Assembly: GCA_965645245.1 (NCBI GenBank)
Contig: OZ287069.1
Coordinates: 1,922,001-1,986,000 of the forward strand
Direction of reading: 5' to 3'
Length of the DNA stretch: 64,000 bases
DNA from: Massalongia carnosa
Taxonomy: Eukaryota
The notes below the pieces were generated by a model. It saw nothing but the letters and a program-made list of their open reading frames with translations, had not been told where the DNA came from and searched no databases. The translations under genes and the position numbers were made by a program. Shown piece after piece: positions 40,967-53,402 of this stretch; within the stretch, counting starts at the first letter, position 1, and each line of letters starts with the position of its first letter.

Positions 40967-43047
40967 ATGACTATACTACATGATGCTGGGAGGCTTTTCT
41001 CTCTGGATACGCTTGACACTAGATTCACGAAGTCATCAAAGCCATCTTTGTCGACTGCAAGCTTAACCTCTGGCGACTTGGACTCCGCAACTGCAAAAGA
41101 TCCTGTAAACGAGAGAGCAAAAAGAATTGATATACCAAAGCCGCTATGGGAGACGGTCGAGTTTTACCTCTACTACTTGGTTATTCTTGTGGCAGTGCCA
41201 TGGATGTTCAAAGTTGCGTACAATGTCTCAATACGTAGGCTCATCCACTATGCATCGTTCGAAAAGAGATCGTTGACGGTCAATAGCCTCTCACCCTAAC
41301 TACTCCACTTTCGAGCACCTCCTTTCTCCAGGCTGGATTCCAGGCCGAATGGTCGACAATACGGACTCGCAGTATTCTAGTTTTAGAGACAATATCCCCT
41401 ATATGTTTCTACTTCTCATATTACATCCAGTCTTACGAAGGCTTTATGACTCGCTTCATTCCCACCAAGATGTTTCGTCTAGCCCATCAAGAAGTATGCC
41501 CAATGCGTACAAGCTACCTAGTACTGGTCTCCATCAGTTAGACGCTCGTCTGGGTCGAAGGGTGACTTTCGATGTATATTTTGCCATGATCTTCCTGATT
41601 GCGTTGCATGGGATTTCAGCGGTAAAGGTTCTGTTGATCCTTTATATTAATTTTACACTTGCAACTCAAACTCCAAGAGCATACGTGCCAGTCGTGACAT
41701 GGGTTTTCAATATTAGTATATTGTTTGCGAATGAATTGTGCAAAGGCTATCCGCTAAGGAGGTTAGCTGATGTTCTTGCTTGGTCTACGTCAAATGAATC
41801 CTCAAAAAAGCATCCATATGTGAACTGGGGATCTGTATTAGACAGCTACGGAGGTTTGAACCCAAGATGGGAGATATTGTTTAATTTCACCGTCCTCCGT
41901 CTAATCAGCTTCAATTTTGACTTTTATTGGAGATTTGACCAAGCTGGAGGGAATCCTTTGGAGGTGTGTCCAAAGGAGCCAACCTTCTGTGGACAGAACC
42001 AAATGCTGATTTTGATAAGAAGAAACAGCTCGACCCAGCCAGTCTATCAGACCGAGATAGAGTAACAATACCAGCAAAGTCTGAGGACTATACATTTCGT
42101 AATTATCTCGCTTATGTCTTATATGCACCTTTATATCTTACAGGACCCATAATCACATTCAACGACTACATCTCGCAACTGCGATACACCCCCAACAGCA
42201 TTACCTTGAGGAGGACCTTACTCTACGGTATTCGTTTCTTGATTTGTCTTTTGACTATGGAAATCGTGATACATTTCATCTATGTAGTCGCTATCTCTAA
42301 AGCTCAGCCGGCCTGGAATTTGTATACGCCGTTTCAGTTAAGCATGCTAGGATACTTCAATCTTACCCATATATGGCTGAAGCTGTTGCTACCGTGGCGC
42401 TTTTTCCGGCTATGGGCACTACTCGATGGCATCGACCCCCCGGAAAATATGGTTCGTTGCATGTCCGACAATTATTCTACCCAGGCTTTCTGGCGAGGCT
42501 GGCATCGAAGCTTCAATCGCTGGATTGTACGCTACATCTACATCCCGCTTGGTGGTAGCGGAACGTTGGGGAGATGGGGCAGGATTCGGGCGATGTTCAA
42601 CTTCCTGGCGGTTTTCACTTTTGTTGCGTTTTGGCATGACATTAGCCTCACGCTCCTAGCTTGGGGCTGGCTGATCACTCTTTTCGTGCTGCCCGAGGTA
42701 TTCGCCGAATTTATCTTTCCTCGGAAGAAGTGGCACAACTATAAGACTACATATCGAGTTATTTGCGGGGTTGGAGGAGTGGGCAACGTTCTCATGATGA
42801 TGGCGGCTAATCTTGTCGGGTTTGCTTTGGGCTTGGATGGGCTTAAGGATTTGGTGCATGGCATTATTGGTTCGTATTCTGGTCAGTGATCCCATCCGTT
42901 TTCCTCTATGACGAATCACCCGCGCTGAAGTTGTCATTAGGCCTTTTGTTTTTGCTTGCTGCGTGTAGCGCACTCTTTGTTGGTGTACAGCTCATGTTCG
43001 AGCTTCGAGAGCATGAGTTGAGACAGGGTATTCGGATGAAATGCTAG
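40967..43047 (+). CDS. GUP1: MBOAT family protein Gup1
   Basis: GWIPGRMVDNTDSQYSSFRDN, RWEILFNFTVLRLISFNFD, YAPLYLTGPIITFND, GIDPPENMVRC..FWRGWHRSFNRW, VAFWHD. Last exon ends RQGIRMKC*. Confidence 0.93.
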
Positions 43048-44580
43048 CTTGTGTTAGACGTCCCTGGAGGATTGATCGCCCTTGTCTGTACGGGCGTCAT
43101 TTAAATGCTGTTGATCTTCCTGCGATCACTACTATGAATTTGCCTGTTCGCAAGTCCGACCAACAATTCATAATGCTAGCGATATGCCCCAACATTCCAT
43201 GGATCGGCTCCTCTATCTCTCCGGCACTTTTGCTGATCACGAATCTAGCCTTTCTCCATGGCCCCGAGTGTAAAACCCAACTCGAACCGATTCAAGAAAC
43301 CCTACCTATGTTTGGTTCTCTGACAGTTCACCTAATGGCCCGAAGTCTTTTCAACAGCTATGGCATTCGTTGTGTTTATTATATGTTATATGTCAGCGAC
43401 ACCCCCGTCAAAATGTTGTTCTTAATCATTCATGACAAGGATCAATGTTGAATGAGTTCGTCTGCCCGGCAAAAGAGTTTCTGACCCTAGTTCCAGTAAG
43501 CCACTGCCATTTTCCTCATAAACAAGCCATATAAAGCTATCAAGAGATTTCAGACTACGCATCAAATGCCTGGCAAACAGACGATCGCTTTAGGCACTTC
43601 AAATTTGCGGTCGCCGATCATGTCGGCCGCTTTGTTTGTTGAAATATCTTCTTAATGATAAGATTCGACAATCTATAATTTTTCATCATGCAAACCATTA
43701 CGCATTTCATGTGTTGACAACTCACGGTTGAGTTAGGAGCTATTGGCTCAAAGTGGATGGTTAAAATCTGCACCTGACTTATGGCCCATCTCTCAAAGCC
43801 GTAAATCTTTCGTGTAAGATTTACCGAAGTGCATTGCTTGTCGCTGCCTTGCATCATGCTGTATGCATTTGAACGCCTTTATGGAAACTACCAAGAAGCA
43901 GAAGAACTCGAGTACATATGTGGTGAAGCTGTCTGGTCTGAATTCTAGGCAGCCGCTTTTACCTGCTACCGGCTTACTTATTACTTGAAAAATGGAGCAA
44001 TTGATGCTTTGCATTTACGATGCGCATACAGCCAAGGAGTGGTGCGTGCCGTGCCGCTGAGGGCTGGCGTAGCAGGGACATAGAGCTGGTATGATGTTCT
44101 CGCGTGGTATCAAAGGCTTGAAGGTACTCCCAAACACCATATGTACTGTGGAATGCTTCACACCACTCTTGGCAGCCTTAATGCCACCCACCTAGACGCA
44201 TATGAAAGGCACAGTCCTTTGATCGACTTATCGCTCTTCCTCTTTCGATCTTATTACGATAAAACTTTGAACTTCGACAGTTTTTTTGCATAACAAGCTC
44301 ACCAACCGATTCGTGCAGAGATGGGGCCTCCCATGCGTCAGCTTCTGCCGTCCTCTTACGATTTATGTCCTCGCTAGCTTCTCGACGTAGGTGAAGAAAA
44401 CGCCCCGACTCCCCCATGGATATGACAAGTTTCGATGGGTCTTTGGGACTTCACTTCTCTCATTCTTGCGTTTCCGATGTGCCAAGTCTTCCACCCTTTC
44501 TCTGTTGGCAGTGAATCCAGCCCGTCAGATTTAGTCCGCAATCACATTTTACATAGCAGCTCAATAATATTTCCAATATC

Positions 44581-45520
44581 ATGCCGATCAACAAGACAAA
44601 GGCTCAATTGGGCCCTGCTGCACTGCCTCCGCCTGGAGTGGTGCCTAATTTCGTGGATCCACGGACAATAAATCCATGAATGATCGGCTTGGCAACAGTG
44701 TCTGCAGCATCCGCAACTTTAGTTGTTGGGTTGCGGATTTATATCAAAATCTTCGTAATCAAACGATTTTACTGGGAAGATTGGTTTTGCGTACTGGGAT
44801 GGCTCAGGTATCTTGCCTTCACAGGAGTCAGCGTGGGCCCTTGCCTTTCACGGTGGTGGTGTGCACCAGTGGAATATGCGGCTCTATCAATTGTTCGAGC
44901 TCAACTACGTCTGTGGTGACAAGCTCATCTCTAAAAAACTCGTTGGCTAATGCGCCAAAGGTGACAGTGGGCAAACAACTCCGAAATTCTATATGACCCC
45001 TGTTTTGTCTTCATCAAGGTTTCGATACTTTTGCAATATCTAAGAGTATTCGTCACAACACGGTGAAGCGTTTTTTATCACGCCGTGCACCTTGTACTAT
45101 GGGATTACGGTGTTGTTTTATCTTGCCTACGTTACTGCTGAAACTCTTGCCTGCATTCCAAGGAAAAAGCTTAGGGACCCATCGATCTCGGGGACGTGTG
45201 TCAATTTTAATGCCACAATGATGGCAATGGCATCAGCAAATGTATTTACAGATCTTGCAATCTTCATTCTTCCCATGAACGTCTTACATCATCATTTACA
45301 GGTATCGCGGAAAAAGAAAAATGGGATAAGTCTGGTATTCGCTACGGGGTCCTTGTACATTAACATCGCTCCCTCGCCCAGCTCTGCAAGCATGAAACTG
45401 CAGACATATCATACGTAGAGCCTGCATAGCAAGCATCGTCCGTCTAGGTCTTAGCGTTGGTTTGTTGAAAACCTCTGATCTCACTCATGATCCTTGTTGT
45501 TCTCTCTCCAGGCTCGGATT
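44581..45520 (+). pseudogene. PTH11-like fungal rhodopsin-domain integral membrane protein, pseudogene
   Basis: LPPPGVVPNFVDP, LVVGLRIYIK..WEDWFCVLGW, IKVSILLQYLRVF, ACIP..GTC..ANVFTDLAIFILPM..LQVSRKKK.GISLVFATG, ACIASIVRL. In-frame TGA at 44677-44679 and 45064-45066, plus apparent frameshifts. 3' end approximate. Confidence 0.8.
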
Positions 45521-46272
45521 CGGCTTCCGGAGGCGAGCGTATGGGAGGTTGCTGTATCTTGCCTACGATAGAATAGCTAGAACCGGGATGCCAACGCTGG
45601 AACAACCCCAAAAAAAAAATCAAGGTGTCTGCGCCTCAATTTGGCGAACGCGCCCCTGATGACTTTTGTGCCAGTGAAATGGCCGGTCAAGATCGCTCTA
45701 TCATACGAGCCAGGCAGATAAGAAGCGAAGCCTCTTGTGAATATTCTGATAATGGTGGCGACTGCCGCAAGAGAGGGAGGGAACGATGTTGTTAATAAGG
45801 TGAAGGATTGGGCGAGTTGAGATTCTCGCAGCTGAAGCGACTTTGACGAAAAGGAAGAGATAGGTGGTGTCGAGATTATATATGATGGTGAGACATCTCC
45901 TCTCTGCCTATCTGCCTACCTACCTATCCATATACGTATGGTTTATTTACGAACATGATCAATAATAAGTAACATATTCCGTATTCTCGCTTCTCAATGT
46001 ATGCAAGCAAATATGGTTTGCTAAGAAGACCTTTACTCCATGCGTATGAACAAACCTCCCCTCGCTGAGATAGAATGTTTTTCTCAAAAAAGGAAATCTG
46101 TATTCCAACTCCTTGACTATAAACGTAAATCAAAACGTATATCTGTCAAGTGACAAGACCCTGCTAGGTGGGTCAAACTAACCGAAGACGCCGCAAGGAT
46201 CAACGCTACTTGGGACGTGCTGGGAAGAAACTTAAAACAGAGAAGCGAGTTAGCAGTCATTTCCTGTGCATC

Positions 46273-47280
46273 TCATCCGAAGGTATGATACCTGTTAAAC
46301 AAACCCATCAAGTGGGCAAACGAAGCCTTTTTCAAATGCCCCTCGAATGACACCGGAAGGCCATAACGCCGGGAGACGGGATACGTGATATGCGCGACGG
46401 ACTTCAAATGGATGGGGGAAATGTACGGATAGAGGTGCTCGGTGAGGATGGCATCGTGAATCGATAGTTTGGTGAACGGTTCGGTGGCGCGATGGTCCTG
46501 CACGGACACGAACTCCTCCGGCTGGGCCTTGTTGTCGAGTCCGCGCCCGTTGTGGGTGTAGAGCGGGATGGCGAGGTAATGGTCCTGGAACAAGGCGAGC
46601 ACGATGAGTTTTCGATACTTGGTGAAGATTGGACCATATTGGGAGTCGGTTCGGAACCGGTCCGCAGTTGTCATGTTGGACGCTCTCGACGTGCCGCGGA
46701 AATCTTGCTCGTGGTGCACCGCCTGTATGATCATCCCCGGACGAAAGGATTCTTTGGAAAATTTCCCCGACCGAGGCCGTTCGACATTCGACGTATCGAC
46801 CTCTCGGGTCCGAACTGCCTTATACCCAGAAGCGGGTTTAAGATTTCTCTTGTCATACACTCCGGCCCTGTTGGCAGCAGCGGCGCTTGGGGGAGAGATG
46901 CTGGCACACACCCTTTTTTGGGGGTCATAATAAGACCGATGAGCATCGGGTGGGGAGATTATGTTCCTTGGTTCCATGACCGTTGTTGCAGCTCCTGTTG
47001 TGTAGTTCATATTTCTCAGAGTTGAGGGCTTTTGGTGAGATTCTGTGGTGAAATCTCCCTCGAATCCTGAAGACATTCTTGATGGGACAGCTGTCGGTGG
47101 ACGCTGACCCCAGCTAAAGCCTGCACTGGTTTTTGCTTGCCAACTTTTGGCTTGGTTTGGTCCTTGAGATCCTTCGTCATGCTTCGAAAAGTTCTTGGAA
47201 GGCTCAGGATGAGCTTGAATCGATCCATGGGATCCATCGTCTCGCTTGCCGACCATCCAGGGTTGCTGTGGTGGGGTCAT
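46273..47280 (-). CDS. Protein with disordered N-terminus and C-terminal DUF6590-type domain (PemK/MazF-like motif order)
   Basis: Intronless ORF from the first ATG (MTPPQQPW, 47280), 335 aa. C-terminal FRPGMII..GPIFTKYRKLIVL..LAIPLYTHNGRGL..EFVSV..SVAHITYPVS..GHLKKASFAHL. Family assignment is from memory of the motif pattern. Confidence 0.7.
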   Translation of the reverse strand: MTPPQQPWMVGKRDDGSHGSIQAHPEPSKNFSKHDEGSQGPNQAKSWQAKTSAGFSWGQRPPTAVPSRMSSGFEGDFTTESHQKPSTLRNMNYTTGAATTVMEPRNIISPPDAHRSYYDPQKRVCASISPPSAAAANRAGVYDKRNLKPASGYKAVRTREVDTSNVERPRSGKFSKESFRPGMIIQAVHHEQDFRGTSRASNMTTADRFRTDSQYGPIFTKYRKLIVLALFQDHYLAIPLYTHNGRGLDNKAQPEEFVSVQDHRATEPFTKLSIHDAILTEHLYPYISPIHLKSVAHITYPVSRRYGLPVSFEGHLKKASFAHLMGLFNRYHTFG

Positions 47281-47631
47281 GGTTGCATATGTTGATTGTC
47301 TAAGCCGTGAGCTTGGGAACTTTTTGGGGGGTATGGTTCGGTAAAGAAGGTTGGGAGCATTTAAGAAGGTATGTATAACAAGCTTACAAAAACGGTATGA
47401 GAACAAAGATTATGCCTTCAGAGACGAACTCGGACGCATCTGCAAAGCACCCTGGCTCAAAGACAATGAAATGACAAAGACTGATATAAGGCAATGGCCG
47501 CATGTTGATATGGCTTCTAGCTACGTCGTTGGGATATAAATGAACAAAGCAGATTTATGACAAAGAGACGTGTCTGAACTGAGAAGGGTTTAAACATAAG
47601 ATATTGCGGTGGTCTTTCTTCTTGGTACAAA

Positions 47632-49134
47632 ATGGACAATTTGATCGCTGATCCAAAGCCCCAGAGGGAAACCAACACCATGGATATTCAAATGTGGGGC
47701 TTCATTCAGAAAACCAAGCAGACCCTTGGCTTGCCTTTCAAACTTGCGAGAGGACGGATACTCAAGTCTTCACAGGCAGTTGTACCCCCAACTCCTTCGA
47801 AACAGCAACAAAATGCTTTAATACAAGAAGTGCTCGATGAACCTCAATCTCGGCCGGATATACCCCCACTACCACCAAGGCATTCGAGATCAACATCAGT
47901 GCATAACAAATCCAGTGATGCTCATCTTCGGCCGCCGACGGATGAATGCCATGACTCGGTGGCTTCCACGCCTCTGGACCGTCAAGAATTAGAAGATAGT
48001 GGAGACATTCCGCAAGTTGGCGCAGGGTTTACGAGCAGCCCCAGCCGCATTATCGTCTCCGCAGATGGTACAACAAGCTATTTTGCTCTGCTTCTAAATG
48101 AAAACTTAGTAATCAAGCAACGCACAATTATTGAGTACTGCCGGAAAAAGAATCGTCTCCAAGGCAGCCTTGAACGCGCCAAGTCTCGAATCGTTCTCTT
48201 CGAAAGTCAGCTGGATTCTTTGAACACTGCGCGAAACGAGGCTGATGACGAAGCGGTGATGACCCAGATTCAGGAGGACATAGAAAATCGGTCCTCCACG
48301 ATACAGGAGGCCTTGGAAAACCAAGACGCTCTAAGATGGGAACTCGAATTGCTAGAGCTCAATCTTGAGTATGCAAGAAACCTATCGCAGGAGATGTTCG
48401 AACAAATCCTTGGCAAAGCAGGTTTGCTTAATCTCCCAGAGGTGGACGACGACAGCGTATCGAGTATACACACGATACCTGAGCCAACTCACGGTTCCGC
48501 AGCCTCCATCCGGAGCTCTCGCAATGCTATCAGCGCTGAAGAGCTCTTCCGCAGACGACTTTTAGAAGAGCTTGAGGAAAGAGGCAAAATTCTCAATATA
48601 ATGGAAACTGCGTTCCATGAACGATATAACGATCTCCGCATCGAGCAAGAGAAGTATGACCAAGCAGTTTTAGAAGGCGAATGCGATTTGCCGCAGTCAG
48701 AGTTTGATAGGATGGCCCTGGGCACATTCCAACAGCGGACGAGGGACTACATCGAGGCCGAAGAAGACTTGAACAAAGCAAAATCGCGGGCCAGGGCTTT
48801 TGGCCTCCTTGGCAACGAGTCAGACCAGCTGGAGGGATTCATCGACGACTCGAACGACGGCTACGCCGAAAGCTTCGAAGCCGCAATGATGGCCACTGTC
48901 GACGAAGCGAGCATCGAGGCCTGGAAAAGTCAAATGGTGGATTCTCGGGTTCAATATCCCATAGAGCCCGAGGAGTTGGAGCAATTGGAGAGGCTGGGCG
49001 ACCCCCGAGAGCGGGATGCGGAGTCTGTCGGCATGGGAGACAGTCTCAGCTGTTGCGACGATGGTACGTATAGGTCGCGGATCGATCGTTGGAACGAGTG
49101 TGGAGGGAATCCTGAAAAGTATATAATTCGATAA
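47632..49134 (+). CDS. Uncharacterised acidic coiled-coil protein, 500 aa
   Basis: Long intronless ATG-started ORF with heptad-like E/L/R-rich segments and an acidic C-terminal third. TATAAA at 47535-47540. Confidence 0.75.
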   Translation: MDNLIADPKPQRETNTMDIQMWGFIQKTKQTLGLPFKLARGRILKSSQAVVPPTPSKQQQNALIQEVLDEPQSRPDIPPLPPRHSRSTSVHNKSSDAHLRPPTDECHDSVASTPLDRQELEDSGDIPQVGAGFTSSPSRIIVSADGTTSYFALLLNENLVIKQRTIIEYCRKKNRLQGSLERAKSRIVLFESQLDSLNTARNEADDEAVMTQIQEDIENRSSTIQEALENQDALRWELELLELNLEYARNLSQEMFEQILGKAGLLNLPEVDDDSVSSIHTIPEPTHGSAASIRSSRNAISAEELFRRRLLEELEERGKILNIMETAFHERYNDLRIEQEKYDQAVLEGECDLPQSEFDRMALGTFQQRTRDYIEAEEDLNKAKSRARAFGLLGNESDQLEGFIDDSNDGYAESFEAAMMATVDEASIEAWKSQMVDSRVQYPIEPEELEQLERLGDPRERDAESVGMGDSLSCCDDGTYRSRIDRWNECGGNPEKYIIR

Positions 49135-49723
49135 TGTTTTCTTGGAGCAGCGCTGGGGTTAGGATCTTTAGGATGATGAGTTTGAGCGGAGCGTTCTCTT
49201 TTCATCAACCTGTATATATTATCAATGAATATCAAAGGTTCCACCTTGTCGTGGGTATATGTAAAGCAGAGACCAGAATATGGCCAAACATTGTGAAGCT
49301 CCTGTTACCTTGGTTGACCTTTAGTTTGATACAGAGAAGATCGCATAAAAGGATTCGACGAATCTATAGAACAATGACATGGAACTGCCAGAGCGAATGC
49401 TCAGACCTGTGTAGTAGGAATGCAGATGCCGCTGCATTCAAAACCTAAAAACTCCGATGCTTGACACATACACCGCTAACATTAACCCCTCCACACACGT
49501 AGTTAGTCAGTCATCTACCTCCGTCTCCGTCCAGAATATCTGCCCTCAAACTCTTAATATCGACCATCCGTGCGGCGCGACGCCAAAACAGAAAACCATG
49601 CTCTCCTTGCTCTTGCGAGACCTTATATCATAATCATCTACCCACTCATTCATCCATCCATCCATCTATCCGCCTTTCTCTCGTTCTATTCGCCCTATCT
49701 AACTATTCATTACCACATACAAA

Positions 49724-50178
49724 ATGTCCGACGCATACGTGCGAGAACAGTATGCCCCCTCCTCTCCCCTCCCCCTTTCCAGAAGGAAGCTAAGCGTCTT
49801 CGAGGCAAAACGATACCCGCCTCTCGGAGCTCTCGTCCAAGATATCCACGCTCCGGGGCGTGACGGTCGACATCTACGACCATGCCCGTAGCCAGGACGT
49901 GATCGATAGCAGCGTATTTTTCTCTCTCTCTCTCTCTTTCGTCCTCCATCCTCCAACCCTCTTCCGGATTCAAACGCGCTAACATCATGGCTCGCTCCTT
50001 GGTTGAATCCTCCTAGAGCGAAGTCTTCTCATCCCTCTCCACCTCGCTGAAAGGGAGCGCGGGCCGGCTGGGCCGTATGGCGCAGGCGGGCAACAAGGTG
50101 GCAGTACTGAAGCTGGCGGGGATTTTGGTGGGGCTGGTGGTGCTGGGGTGGTGGGCGTTTGGATTTTTAGTGAGGTAA
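49724..50178 (+). CDS. SFT1: Small Qc-SNARE, Sft1/Bet1 family (3 exons; absent from the ORF track)
   Basis: Spliced reading MSDAYVREQ|QNDTRLSELSSKISTLRGVTVDIYDHARSQDVIDSS|SEVFSSLSTSLKGSAGRLGRMAQAGNKVAVLKLAGILVGLVVLGWWAFGFLVR*. Introns 49750-49804 and 49914-50016; C-terminal TM helix. Confidence 0.88.
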
Positions 50179-50801
50179 ATCTTTGCCGCGAAAGGGGGGG
50201 AAGGTTTTGTGGGGGGAGGGGGGAGAGCAAGGGCAAGAAATAGAGGGACTTTGCAAGTGGGAGGAAGATCTAGGTAAGGCGATGGGAAGCAAGCCGGGCT
50301 AATCAAGCGGCGATTGAGAAGGATGGACGGGAAGGCGGAAAGCGTTGGCGAAAAAGGAGTATGAAGGGGTTTCCGTGACGTCGAGTACAACAAAGGTAGA
50401 AGAGGATGCATTACAATCCTCTACCGAGGGATTAGGGAAGGAGGGCCAACCCTCGGAGCGCACATTGGTCACGATTGGGAATACCTAGGTCGCTATATTA
50501 TCATCTATTCCAACAGACAGTCTCGTCATCTAGGCATAACACCCGTTTGGAGCGTTAGGGGGGATATGTATCGACAGAAATCCTGTTAAGGATGTGTCAG
50601 AGATGCCGATCGATTTGTTAAGCTGTCTATGCATGGGCCATTTCATCTGGTTTTTCTGTATAGGTGCATAGATCCAGGGCTTCACGCTTGAAACGCATCC
50701 TCTCCTCTAAGCACAGCCTCTAATCTACATACCCTGGCCCACCTCCTATCCCTGCCCTAAACTATGTTCTTGGATCAATAGTCTTCCATAGCATCCCAGC
50801 C

Positions 50802-52867
50802 TTACTCCCAAACATTAGAAAATAAATCCTCGCTTGCCCCAAATCCGCTTCCGGCAGGTTTTGGATTGGACGGGCCATTCAGTTTTGCAGCAACAACGGA
50901 GGTTGGTGTAGCCAGTACAGCGCTGTTCCAACCCCCAAAATCTTCGTCCGCTATAATCTTAGGTGGTGCCTGTACGCTACCGCCTCCAAACCCTGAAGCA
51001 GACGATGACGAAATACCGCCCCATGCTAAGTCACTAGAAGTTGTTAGGCCAGCGGAAGATTTAGCGTTCTTAGGTTGCGCCGATGCATTGGTAGAGATTG
51101 GGTCGGGGGTGGCCCAGGCATCATTAGAGCCCCAGGCATCCGCGGCGGAGAAGCTGGGAAAGGCGTTGGATGCCGCGGGTGCTGGTTTTGGTACTATTTG
51201 AGACGAAGCTGCTGGCGCAGAGAGGTTGAAAGGCGAGCTGATGACTGAAGGAGGCACTGAAGGCTTGTTGTTAGATGTGGATGGTTTTATTGGGGGTTCC
51301 GAGAAGTCAAACATATCGCTGCCGTGGGACTCAGTTGAAGGTTTGGATTGAATGGCTGCTTTGGGGGAGCTAAAATCAAGATCTCCAAAACTGAGAGCTG
51401 TATTGTTATTCTCCTGGACCAAATGATACTGCGCTGATGATTTAGGTGTCGCAGCAGGCTTCAGGGCTGGCTTCGGACTTGTGTCAAAGAAGCCTCCGCC
51501 ACCACCAATCGACGGGGATGTCAGATGCGGAGGAGCCACCGAGGAACGCTGATTGGAGGGCTTATCAAAAGCTGCGAAAGAGCTGGTTTTCGGCAATTGT
51601 TGTGGTTTAGCGACCGGGGCCGAAGCTGTTGAAGTGAAACTTAAGCTACTGAAAGCAGCGTCCACCCCACCAAAGTTCGATTGCTGCTGAGCAGAGGAGG
51701 CTTGCACTGGAGGAGATTGCATGCCACCAAAGGAAGTCTGCCGCTCATGTTGTGGCTGCGCTTGCGGTCGAGGGGCAGAAGCGTAGAGCGATAAAATTGA
51801 CTGTTTAAGATCAGGTCGAGAAGAGACCGCAGAATTAGTGGGTGTTGGAGAGACGCTAGCTCCTAATGGAGCTGATGGTGAGCCACCAAAGAAATCGAGA
51901 CCCAATAAGGAGTCTGCAGGTTTTGATTGTTTTAGAGGCGCAGAAGCTTGAGGTGGAGTTGCTCGGACGGCAGAAGTACCTGTTGTGCTTGGTCGGGCGG
52001 GAGGTGATGGTATTTCGCCAAATATATCGGCACTCGGAACAGCTCGCTGAACTGGAGGTTTGGGTTGACTTAAGGGGGATTGCTTTTGCTGCGATACCGA
52101 ACGCTCCAGCTTAGCCTTTTCTTGGACCACGTTGAGGGGCTGTCATACAAATCAGCACAGACGCCCTCATAAACTATAGCTTTCGGCATACAATATCATC
52201 GTCACCCTCATCATCCAAAGTTGCTGGGTCTGGTATAGGCCCTTCCATTGTCCAACGCTTGGACTCATACTTCGTTCGAATGAAATTCTCGATTTTTCTG
52301 GCAGCATATTAGTGTCTTCTCACCACTTCCCTGTCTCGGAACACCTACGCTTCCGATGGAACATGTCCCGGCGCTAACTTTGCCTCCCAGTATCTGTCCT
52401 TGGTTAAACTCCCAGCCTCGATTTTGTGTGCTTAATGACTGACTTATTCGCCCTGGCATTTCCCCAGCGTAGCACGCTTTGTAACTGCTCATCCGTCCAA
52501 GCATCCAGATCTACGGACTTGACCCTGCTTATATGCGTGCCCATTCCACGGTGTATTCCCGAGCAACTAAAACTTCGTGAGCCTGCCACATTCTACAATT
52601 GGTAGGCTGGCCAAAATCACCGTATACAGACGAATATCCCAAGATTCCAACTAGCCCATCTTGGATCTAAATTTTAGCACACCGATTAGTCGTGTGCTGC
52701 GATTCAAAAGAAGCATGTAGCATGCAAGCTACTACATAGAACATACGTTTGTTCCTCTTACAGTCTGCACATGTTTTGTTCCCTTCAAGCTTCAGCAAGG
52801 TTTTGATCGTCTGTTGATTTTGAGCTGCTCTTTCAGCAGCCGCATTGGGCGGCACTCTTCTTGACAT
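50802..52867 (-). CDS. ArfGAP, SMAP/Age2-type
   Basis: [68 protein letters not shown]. Low-complexity tail ending DLFSNVWE. Confidence 0.92.
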
Positions 52868-53402
52868 GTTTTGGGTTTTAGGTTGGTGTTCCGATAGGCA
52901 AGCTACTAGGAGACAATATGAGTTCTGCGGAGCCTTTCGTTGGAATTCCTGTATTGAAAGGTTTTTACTATGTACAGAGTACCAACTATCTTCCACGCAA
53001 TTTCTGGCTATGGCTACCTAAAAGTGGTTTACTAGTTTAGTTAAGCGAACAGTCCAGCTTAGCGTTGAGGGTGTACCTTCTTCACTACCTAGCCCTTATC
53101 GATAAGGGTACGGAGTACTTTGATGAATCTCGTCATTAGTAAAAATGAGATGCGCTTAAAGCAAAACTATTTTTGAGCAGAGCCGTATCTCATCCCTGGC
53201 ACCTGAAATGCCAATCAAAAACCTTATCTCTATATACAAAACTTGTCCAAATACCTCCTGAATGGCAACACAAGGGTCCTAACTGATGGCAGGACCACTT
53301 CGCTCATGTACCAACCTAACGACATTATCGCTTGCATACATGCCTCTTTCGCTTGTTCTTGAAACATCCTGTAGCCCAAGCAAAATCTAGAATACCTTTC
53401 GT

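Noticed and set aside
47281..47406. N-terminal extension of the 377-aa ORF
   Set aside because: It begins at a non-ATG codon; the first ATG is at 47280.
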